From: an uncultured Pseudomonadota bacterium | Lineage (GTDB): Bacteria > Oederibacteriota > Muellerivitia > Muellerivitales > Muellerivitaceae | Assembly: GCA_963770835.1 (NCBI GenBank) | Contig: CAVYRH010000020.1 | Location: 23,213 to 87,212, forward strand | Length of the DNA stretch: 64,000 nt | Direction: 5' to 3' | Part shown: one piece after another, positions 50,395 through 59,850 of the stretch | How the letters are laid out: every line of letters starts with the position of its first letter | Position numbering within the stretch: position 1 is the first letter of the stretch | Program-made: the position numbers and the translations under genes | Notes under the pieces: generated by a model | What the model saw: the letters and a program-made list of their open reading frames with translations, nothing else | The model's database searches: none | Told to the model about the DNA's origin: nothing

Positions 50395-53300
50395 TTATTT
50401 GAGCACAATCACCTTGCGCACCATATTGCCGGAAGGTTGTTCGACCACAACGAAGTAAACGGCGTTCCCCACCAAGGTGTTGCTGGAGTTTTGACCGTTC
50501 CAAAAGACCCGGTAGTTCCCCGCGCTTTCGATTTGATCCAGTAATTTAGCGACTTCCTCGCCCGCGATGTTGTACACGATCACTTTCACTTCGCCCGGCT
50601 TATCCACCCTCAAATCCATGCCTAAGGACTGCTGGGTTGGGTTGAAGAAATTTTGGTCGAGGTAAAGGGCAACGTTGGGCGTGGGGGTGGGGGTCACCGA
50701 GCCCGTGGGGGTGTATGTATTGGTGATGGTTGGCGTGTTGGTAATCGTGGGCGTGTAAGTGAAGGTGGGACTCAAGGTCGGCGTGAAGGTATAGGTCGGG
50801 GTGGAACTATTGGTGGGGCTTGCGGTTGGGGTGAAGGTGGCCGTGGCCGTGGGGGTATTCGTTGGGAGCGGGGTGTTGGTAGGAGTGTTGCTGGGCGTTA
50901 GGGTGGCGGTATTTGTCACCGTGGGCGTCGGGGTATTTGAGGCCGTCGCGGTAAAGCTATTGGTGACTGTGGCCGTGGGGCTGTTCGTCGTTGTTGCGGT
51001 GGCTGACGAAGTCGGGGTCCGGGTGGCCGTCAACGTAGTCGTGTTTGTCGGCGTCAACGTCGGCGTGTTCGTCGAGGTCGACGTCGAAGTGGCGGTAAGT
51101 GTGGAAGTGGGGCTGTTGGTGGTGGTGGCCGTCGGGGTGCTGGAGAACGTGGCGGTGGTCGTCAACGTAGCCGTGTTTGTCGGCGTCAACGTTGGCGTAT
51201 TGGTGGCAGTGCGGGTCGCTGAGGCGGTAGGGGTGGTCGTTGGGCTAAATGTGGGAGTATTGGTGGGAGTGCCGGTAAAAATAGGTGTGTTGGTTGGGAT
51301 GTTCGTCAGGGTATTGGTGGGGGTTAAAGTGCAGGTGTTGGTGGGAGTAGCGGTAGCCGTATTCGTGGCCGTCAACGTAGCCGTGCTACTCGGCGTAAAC
51401 GTCGGCGTATTGGTCGCCGTATTCGTGGCGGTGCTAGTAGCTGTATTAGTCGCGGTATTCGTTGGCGTGTTGGTGGCGGTGTTGGTGGTTGTAAAGGTAG
51501 CTGTGGAGGTGGGAGTCCATGTTGCCGTATTCGTCGCGGTATTGGTGGGAGTGTTAGTAGCCGTAGACGTAGTCGTATTGGTGGGGGTATAGGTGGCCGT
51601 CTGGGTGGTTGTGAATGTCGGGGTATTGGTGGCTGTGCTTGTTGCCGTATAGGTCGGCGTGAAAGTCGGGGTGAGGGTCGCGGTATTGGTGGAAGTATTC
51701 GTGGGGGTATTCGTCGTGGTGAAGGTGGGCGTCAGGGTTGGGCTGTTCGTAGCACTGGGGGTAGGGGTGATAGTCCACGTGGGTTGATAGGTCGGGGTAG
51801 AGTTGCACCAAATGTAAACGTCACCAAAATTGATGGGGATATTGGTGGCTGGGCTGGTGAAATATTCGCCCAAAATCGTATAAGGGTCGCCGCAGGCGAT
51901 GGTGGAATTATTTCCAACATAAGCCAAAAGGTACTGATTGGTGCCAGGGGGCGCGGCGGGGTTGACCGAGTCGTAAGAAACCGGGGCGCTTGGGTAGCTG
52001 TTGTTTTGGACCATGTTGGTATAACCCGGATCGCTGAAAGACTCGATGAAAAGCCGTTGGCCGCAGTTGCTCAGGGTCTGGCTGCCGGTGTAATTGGCCA
52101 CCCCCGAAACCCCGGCCGCGAGGCAGTTGGCGTTGGTAAGGGTCACGCTTAAATTCGCGGGGAGGGAGATTGGCGTCATCCCCGTTCCCGGTTGGCAAAT
52201 GGAACCCCCTATGAAAGTAATCGGATCACCGATATGGATTTGGGAATTAACGGTGAATCCCGCCGCGTTATAAAAAACCACCGCGTAATAGGGGCCTGCG
52301 TTCGGCGCGTAAATTGTGTAGGGCTGGCTGCTGCTGACGACTTGGGCGGAGACCACCGGGCCCCCGCTCAGGGACGGCGAAGTGAAAAGACCGACGAACA
52401 TATAGTTGTTGGAGTTCACCGTGCCGGTCCCCAAGCTGCCCGTATAGGCCAGGTTCCCCGTCAAGGCAAAGCTGTTAACGACCGTGGGGGTAAAAGTGGG
52501 CGTCGTACAAACAAAGGTAGGCGTGGGAGTGCTGGTTGGGGTAAAGGTACTGGTTAAGGTCGGTGTCATGTTCGTTGTGCAGTTATAGGCCGTGCCATTC
52601 CCGCCGTTCGATCCGACAATGTTTCCCGAACCACCCGAACCCCCGCCCACCTGGATCAGGCCGGTAAAATCATTTATGCCGGTCCCACCGCCGGCGCAAA
52701 GTTCCACCATTCCACCGCCCCCACCGCCGCCGCCATCACCGCTACCGGTAAGATTGTCTCCCGCGTCACCGCCGAGGGAGTTCAAGGCTCCGCTTCCATA
52801 GATGGCCGCCGCCTGGATATAGATGGCGCCGCCGGCCCCGCCGCCACCACCGCCGCCGGTGGCCGTTTCCCCCAGCTCGCCGCTCATATCGATGACCGAC
52901 CCGGACTGCAGGCTCACGCTTCCGCCGCCCGCAACATCGACCGAAAGATATCCTCCCCCGTTCCCTCCAAACGCTACTTCGGCACCCGCGCCACCGCTAC
53001 CCATGGAGGCAGGTGCCGTTGCGGTGTCGTTGGCGGGCCCGCCGCCGCTTCCATTCACGTTACCGCCCGCTCCCCCATGGCCCCCGCCCCCGGCGTCACC
53101 CGTGGCCGTGGTCACACCGCCGCCTGGGCCGCTGCCATCGGATTGGCCACCTCCCCCGTCGAAACCGGAGCCGACGCCTTCAATGGTGCCGTCCACGACG
53201 AAATTCCCGCCGTTCACCACGATCGAAAGGCTGGTATCGTCGGCTCCATAGAAAATCTGCCCATTCACCACAAAATTACCGCTGCAATTGATGGTGACCG

Positions 53301-56300
53301 GCCCGTCGACATTGAGTGTGGCCCCGCTTTCCACCGTGACACCGCAGAAATTGTAATTGCCGGCACCCAAGTTGTAGGTGGTCAGGATATCCAGTTGGCA
53401 TGTCGGGGTGGAAGTGGGGGTATTGGTGGGCTGGGGAGTAGCCGTGGGGGCAAGGGCGTTGTAAGAGAAGCGGAAGGGAATGTCGGCGAATTGATTTAAA
53501 ATCCAGCTGCCGCCCCCATTAGAAGAGGTCTCTACGTAGGAACTGGTTTGACCATATTTAACGCTCTGATAAGGGGCGCTGCCCCCCGTGGACGAATTGA
53601 CATCGATGACATAGTAGCCGGTGGCGCTGGAGGAACCCGGCGAGCTGAAGATGAGCCGGTAGGTGTCCGAGGGCAGGAGGGTAAAGGTGCCCGGCATGAG
53701 CGTATCGATCCAAGAGGGACTGGAGAAAGCCTCCGAGGCCGTGGAGTAAAGGAATGGGGGGCAGACCGTCACCGACTGGGTCACGTCGTAAAGCGCGCAA
53801 TAAAGGTTGTCGGCTGGGGCGTTGATTTTATAAAAGTAAGTCCCCACTTGATTGACCGTCGTGGTGGCGGGTGGTGGTGCGATCAATTCGGAGATTTCAG
53901 TAACCCCCACGACGGCCGGGAACCCGACGGTGTCATAGGGATTCCCCAAGTGGCTTCCATCCGTATAGTCCACCATGAACAAGGGGACTCCCAACTGGGT
54001 GCCCCAGGTCCCCGAGTAGGTCAGGTTGTTAAAGGCCGGGTCGTTGACCTGGCTGACGGGGATGATATTAGTAGGATTGGAGGGGTCGACAGTAATAAGG
54101 CTGGCGAAGGTGGAACCATTGACATTCGCGGATGGGGAAACCACTAGGTGATAGACCGTGTTGGCGCTGAGGGGTATCCCGGTCATGACAAAACTGTTCC
54201 AACCGACGCTGAAGCTCCCTGATACGCTGGTTAAGAAAGCGCCCGTGGGCTTGCCCGACCCATTGTCCCCCTGAATTCCGATGTTGTAGGTGGGAGAGTT
54301 GGATACTGACGTGCAGTAAATCCTCGCCCCGTTGATGGTCTTGGCGGTGCTTTGGGTGAACCGGAAATCGCTTTGCTCGGTAGACGTGTTCAACGTAGTC
54401 TGGGTTCTCCCTTGCAGGGCGGTCTGGTTCCCGAAGTAATTGGTCGTCGGAGTGGGAGTAACGGTCGGGCTGTTGGTGGGCGTCGGGGTGAAGGCCGCCA
54501 AATTGCCGCAAATAAAGAAAGCCCCGGGCGCGCCCGTCCCCCCCGAAACCGAACCCGCGCCGCCGGCGCCCCCGGCAAGGTTGGCCGACCCCGAATAACC
54601 CATGTTTCCTGAACAGAGGTTGAGAACCCCGCCACCCCCCCCACCGCCGCCGAAACCTGTTGTTCCCCCATTTCCCCCGGGGCCGCCCGAAACGTCTAGG
54701 ATTCCCGTCCCCTGGATAATGGGGGCGGAAATGTAAATATCCCCACCCGACCCCCCGCCGCCGCCACCATCGTTCCCGGCGGTTCCCGCGTAACCGTTAT
54801 AGCCGGTCGCATAGATGATCCCATTTAAGCTGGCAGTACCCCCGCTGGTGACGCTAACCGCGAAATAACCCCCGCCGAGGCCTCCCTGCCCTCCGGCGCT
54901 CGTGTTCGAGGCGCCCCCCCCCACCGCCGCTCCCGTAAAGGGTCGGAGGGAAGGACGTATCATAAGAAGTCCCGCCCAATCCGCCGCTTGCTCCCGTTCC
55001 TCCAGAACCGTAATGGCCCCCGCCGCCGCCGCCGCCCGTGGTGCTTCCCGTCCCTTTTCCGGAACCTTGGCCGCTTGCGCCCACCGGTCCGCCCGAGGCC
55101 CCTACGTTGCTCGCGTTGACCTCCGAACTTGAATTCATAATGAAACTGCCCCCGTTCACGAAAACCGACACGCTGTTGTTGGTGTTTTGCATCTCGATGA
55201 ACCCGTTGGTGTTCATAACGAAATTTCCACTGACGTTGATCGTGGCCGGGCCCGTGATATAGCAGACCGAGGGCGAAGCCCCGCCCCCGATGGTTACCCC
55301 GCAGAAGTTATAGGTCCCGGGTCCTAGGGTCGTAGTGGCCCCGCTCGCGGTTAAATTCATAAAGCAAACCGTGGGAGTGGGGGTGGGAGTGAACGTGGGG
55401 GTATAGGGCGTCACCGGGCAATAGCCGGCCAAAAACTCCATGGTGCCGTTGGAGTATCCCGTGGGAGTGAAGGAACCCGGAAAAGCTCCTCCGGTAAAAG
55501 AGTTGGTGCCCACTTCACCATTGGTGGTGCCCGGCTGGTTATCAAACACCCCTACGCTTCCTTGGGATGTTTCACCGAACAAAATCCAGTAGCTGCCGGG
55601 GTTTAAAACCGTGGCGGGAATCGAAACCGTGTTCCATCCATTAAAGGCTTGTTGGGGGCCCGAGGATTGTCCCAAAACGCTTCCAATCGCCCCGGCGTTG
55701 TTACTGTAGAGGGCCATCCGGAACTGAGTGCTGGGGTCGACCACGCCGAAAGTCACCGATAGGGATGTGACCGTGGCGGCTTCCGTCAACGTATAAAGGC
55801 TGCCATTACCGAAACTGCCAACGCCGACAAGACCTTCCGAATTAACGGTGGAACCGAAGGTCCCAAAGGCCGGCGCGTAGGGCGGTGTTTCGGTGGGGTT
55901 GGGGGTGAAGGTGCTTTGCGGGGTCCAGGTAACCGTCGGGGTAGGTGCGACGGGGAAGTAAAAACCGATATCATCCGAGGTATTGGCGGCCCAGCCGCTG
56001 TTCCCGGTGGTCGAAGCCTCCATATAGGAATTCGTCCCGTCAAAGGTCAAGCTCGCGGGTCCCGTGGTGTTGGATGAGTCGAAGATATAGCAATCGCCGG
56101 AGTCCACGCAACTCGGCGCACTGAACCAAATCCTATATTGGTGGCCACCAACCAGGGTGAAGGGAAACACTGGCTGGGACGCCCAGGTATCAGCCGTGCT
56201 GAGGCTCCCAGGGTTGGCCACGCTGCCGGTGAAAAGTGTTCCAGGGGTTGTCAGGTCGTCGATTTCGCAGGTAAGATTTCCAGCGGGTGTTCCTATCTGT

Positions 56301-57094
56301 CGGGCCCAAATATTGACGTGGGTGGTGTAGACCCCGCCGGCCGGGGCGGTAAAAACCTCGCCCACGGTGTTGGTGCCATAGACGTTGTTCAGGCCGTAGC
56401 TGTCATAGGGATTTCCAAAAGTGGTTCCGTTGGAGAAGGTGATAGCAAAGACAGGGTTATATCCCTGGGCGCCCCAGGTAACCCCCCCGTTCTGGCTGGC
56501 CAAGAAATTCAAGTTCGGGTCGGGGACTTGGCCCAGGGGAATGATTTGGGTATTGGGAAGGGTGATAAAGGGCCCGAAGAAATTGGAAGGGCTCACCGAT
56601 CCGGAACCGTATTGCACAACGATGTGATAGACATTACCGGCGGTCATATTGACCGGAGACATTGCGAAAGCAGGGTTCGCGGAAAAATAGCTTCCTTGAA
56701 AAATGACGTCCTGGGCCGCATTAATCGGGATACCGTTAGGAAGACCGCTTCCGTTGTCGTTCTGGACACTCACGATATAAGTGACGGGGCTGGTAAAGGC
56801 TAAATTGCCCGATAATTGGATTTGGGTGAGCGTCCTGCTCGGGGAAGGCATGGTAAACCGCAGGGAACATTCGGAACTGGTTTGATCCAGGAAATAATCC
56901 GTCGCGCTGCTGAAAACGCTCTGGTTGCCATAATAGGACTGAGCTTGGGCTGCCCCGGCACAAAGTAAAAAAAGCCCTGCCCACCCCCACCTCCGGATGG
57001 GTTTTTGGACAGGCACAAACCGTCCCAGAAATGAGATGTAATAAGAAGATTGATTCAAAGGTTGCCTTATTTGACCCGGATAAGGAAAACGCAA
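50395..57094 (-). pseudogene. Giant secreted Thr/Pro-linker protein (~2200 aa) with Gly-rich and beta modules and the shared CTD; split by a +1 frameshift in a G9 tract
   Basis: ORFs 54854-57094 and 50395-54963 join (...[16 protein letters not shown]) if one C of the run 54914-54922 is removed; likely start GTG 57016 with signal peptide ...AGAAQA. Confidence 0.85.
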
Positions 57095-57270
57095 AACTTG
57101 TTTAACGGTAATTCTACCATTGTTTGTTGGATTGCCAATGTGGGGAAAAGGCTTATTTTTCAGGGAACGTGGAAGATTCTAGGAGTCTTAATAGGGTCAT
57201 AAAAAAAGGCGCGAAATCCGTGCCTTTCCATAATTCAAAATTCAGAATTAAACATTAAAATTGGGGTTTT

Positions 57271-57723
57271 TTAGTGTTGATACCCGTCAAACCTCGGCAT
57301 CATCACGAATTTGCGCCAGTCACCGCCGTGGGCGAAGACCGCGTACATATCCTTGGCGTTGAACTTTTCTTTGGGGAAGAGATAAACCATAGCCTTTACC
57401 TTTTCACCACCGGGGGTCAGGGTGACTTCCCGGACTTCCCTTAAAAGATGGCTGCTTTGGGGGGCTTCCGCCCGGTAGCCTTCCTGGGCATCGATGATTT
57501 CCATAACCTCATCCATCTCCTCGAAGGTCATAACCTCTCCGAAAACCTTGCCCGCCGGTTCCTCTTCCACCACGAGCGGCAATCCCGTCGGTAATTGGTA
57601 GAGTTTCCCCGGCATTTCGGCCCTGGACCAGGTCTTTACGTAGGATGCGATTTGCACATGTTTCACGGCGTCCTTCAAGAAAACATCGTAAACGAACACA
57701 TAAGGGGTGGGATAGTCGGCCAT
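57271..57723 (-). CDS. Gamma-glutamylcyclotransferase (AIG2-like) family protein
   Basis: VFVY, GKLY...GLP, VFGEV, DAQEGY, AMVY, GDW. Confidence 0.75.
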   Translation of the reverse strand: MADYPTPYVFVYDVFLKDAVKHVQIASYVKTWSRAEMPGKLYQLPTGLPLVVEEEPAGKVFGEVMTFEEMDEVMEIIDAQEGYRAEAPQSSHLLREVREVTLTPGGEKVKAMVYLFPKEKFNAKDMYAVFAHGGDWRKFVMMPRFDGYQH

Positions 57724-57857
57724 GGAAAACCCTCCGGGCTGTTTAAATAAGAAGGCCGTATGTTACTAAAAAGACCTTTAAAAAGGAACCACTGGCGATG
57801 ATTTACTGGGTTTAGTTGAAAGCTCTGGAAGGAAAGATTTTTAGCGAAAATTCCCGT

Positions 57858-58232
57858 TCATTTGCGACTAATTTTTTTGGGGGCGGTTTCTTTTTTGGAG
57901 ATGGCTTTGGGCCCCCGCTCGCCCGTGCGGATGCGGATGGCGTCCTTGACCTCGGAAAGGAAAATTTTGCCGTCGCCGGGCTCGCCCGTGCGGGCGCCCG
58001 CTACGATGGCCTTGAGGACCTTATTCTTATCCTTATTCTCCACCACGATTTCCATCTTGGTCTTGGGCAGGAAGTTGACCCGCATGCCCTCGGGCCAATC
58101 CGCGTGCAGGCCCTTTTGACGGCCGTGGCCTTCCATTTCGGTGACCGTCATGCCCGGATAGCCGATACGTTTAAGCTTTAGCTGTACCGCTTCCAGTTTT
58201 TCAGGACGTATGATGGCTTCAATCTTAAACAT
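57858..58232 (-). CDS. Second P-II family protein with divergent T-loop and basic tail
   Basis: KIEAIIRPEKL, GHGRQKG, RTGEPGDGKIF, RIRTGE. Confidence 0.92.
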   Translation of the reverse strand: MFKIEAIIRPEKLEAVQLKLKRIGYPGMTVTEMEGHGRQKGLHADWPEGMRVNFLPKTKMEIVVENKDKNKVLKAIVAGARTGEPGDGKIFLSEVKDAIRIRTGERGPKAISKKETAPKKISRK

Positions 58233-58483
58233 AAGGCACCTCAGCTGATTAGATGTCAGGTATTAGGTCTTAGCCTTCAGCTAAAACCCAATACCTAACA
58301 GCTAACATCTGTCGTCTAGAAACAACAAAGGGGCTAACCTTGGCCGGGTTAACCCCATTTGTTGTAAACCAGAGGAGAGAGAGAAGTTATAAATTCATTT
58401 TAGGATTTCCCTCTCAACCCCCAGGGCCCGGCCGGAGAGAGTGGCCGGGCCCTAAAGGATCCCCCAAATCGATCGTCAACAAC

Positions 58484-59605
58484 TTAGAACGTGTAGGCCA
58501 TGCTCAGCGTGCCGGTCAAGTTGCTCGAGCTCGGCGCGGCGTTGGTCGGGAAGATGTCGGCGGCGGCGCTGTTGTAGTTTGCCATGTCCAAACGGGCTTC
58601 CGCGCGGCTAATCAGGTTCGGCGTGAAGTCGTGCTCGATGGTCAAAGTACCTTCATCACCCGTGAAAGCCTTCCCTGGCAATTCAGGATTGGCCATGAAC
58701 CCATAAGTATTGTAGCTGTCATCCACATATTCCAAACGGAGGGCAGCCGACCAATCGCTTTGAATCTGGTATTTGCCATAGAGGGCAATACCCACGTAGC
58801 TGGGGGACTTGGCTCCCGAAGGAGCAGTGGCCGTTCCCATTTGGGCATCTAAGGCGAAATTCCAAGCCGAAGGCTTGTAAGTCACAATGGCTTCACCGAC
58901 GATGCTATTCTGACTGGGCGTCCCCGCAACTGGTCCCATGATTCCATTCAACGTGATACCCCAAATGGAATTCGGAGTAATGGCGGCTTCCAAACCCAAG
59001 TCTTTCCCTTGAATGCCAGCAACAGTGCTCTGCCAGGGATCATCCACGTCATAAATCGTGGCGTTGAAGATGGTGCTGGGAGCGTAATTCACGCTGACAC
59101 CCGTATGCCAGAAAGGAAGGGCACCGAACAACAGCGAATGGCTGTAGTTCCAGTTGCTGGTTTCCTCGATCACTTCATATCCCATCCAAGTGACGAAACG
59201 CCCGGCATTGATCGTTACCTGTCCGGGATTGTAAGACACATAGGCTTGAAGAACGTCTATTCCCGAAGGAATCAAGGCAAGAGGAACTTCTTGACCATAA
59301 GCCAAAACTATGTGGGCGCTTCCCTGTCCTTGGGTAGCCGTAGCCTTCACTTCAGCCAATCCCATGGTGAAAGAATTCGCCTGGTTGTTATAGAAATAAT
59401 AACCGCCATTAGAAAACGACCCAGGATCGGTGAAGTTATAAGCATAATAAGCATCCACCATTCCATCGACCGTCACCGCCGGAGTCGGCACCGCTGTCGG
59501 CGTTGCCGCAGCTGGCGCGGCCGCCGTTTGCGCCAAGACCGGTGAAACCGCCACGGCCAAGCCAAACATGGCCAACAGACTAAACAGCTTGATCGTCTTT
59601 CTCAT
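58484..59605 (-). CDS. Outer-membrane beta-barrel porin (DUF1597/BBP2-like)
   Basis: RBS AAGGAGG before ATG 59605; signal peptide; VDAYYAYNF, GYEVI...NWNYS.S, PFWHTG; terminal Phe (AYTF). Confidence 0.85.
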   Translation of the reverse strand: MRKTIKLFSLLAMFGLAVAVSPVLAQTAAAPAAATPTAVPTPAVTVDGMVDAYYAYNFTDPGSFSNGGYYFYNNQANSFTMGLAEVKATATQGQGSAHIVLAYGQEVPLALIPSGIDVLQAYVSYNPGQVTINAGRFVTWMGYEVIEETSNWNYSHSLLFGALPFWHTGVSVNYAPSTIFNATIYDVDDPWQSTVAGIQGKDLGLEAAITPNSIWGITLNGIMGPVAGTPSQNSIVGEAIVTYKPSAWNFALDAQMGTATAPSGAKSPSYVGIALYGKYQIQSDWSAALRLEYVDDSYNTYGFMANPELPGKAFTGDEGTLTIEHDFTPNLISRAEARLDMANYNSAAADIFPTNAAPSSSNLTGTLSMAYTF

Positions 59606-59697
59606 CTCGTCCTCCTTAGAAATTGAACCTTCATGCGTTGGTAGTTCCTCAGGGGCGAACCACCAAACGCGTAGCCTAAACAGTTTCAATCTCTAGA

Positions 59698-59712
59698 GCA
59701 AGGCTTGTGCCA
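59698..59712 (-). promoter_or_regulatory. sigma54 -24/-12 promoter of the porin/P-II operon
   Basis: Minus strand TGGCACAAGCCTTGC equals the consensus TGGCAC-N5-TTGC. Confidence 0.85.
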
Positions 59713-59850
59713 TCCACCTCAACACCCCGGGATGATTAAATCCTTTAAAAAAACCATTATTTTTTTCCTAAATATTCGTTTACAAAACGTTAGAAAATAC
59801 ATAATTTGCAATTAATTACAATATTGTAACGTTGATTCGGCGGTGATTTT

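Noticed and set aside
39500..50800. Three similar 3' ends as DGR template/variable repeats
   Set aside because: All copies are coding, differences are largely synonymous and not adenine-specific, and no reverse transcriptase is in the window.
39906..51592. Val/Gly/Ala-rich plus-strand ORFs (e.g. 40482-40997, 50801-51592) resembling membrane proteins
   Set aside because: They are the reverse complement of the Thr/Pro/Asn linker codons.
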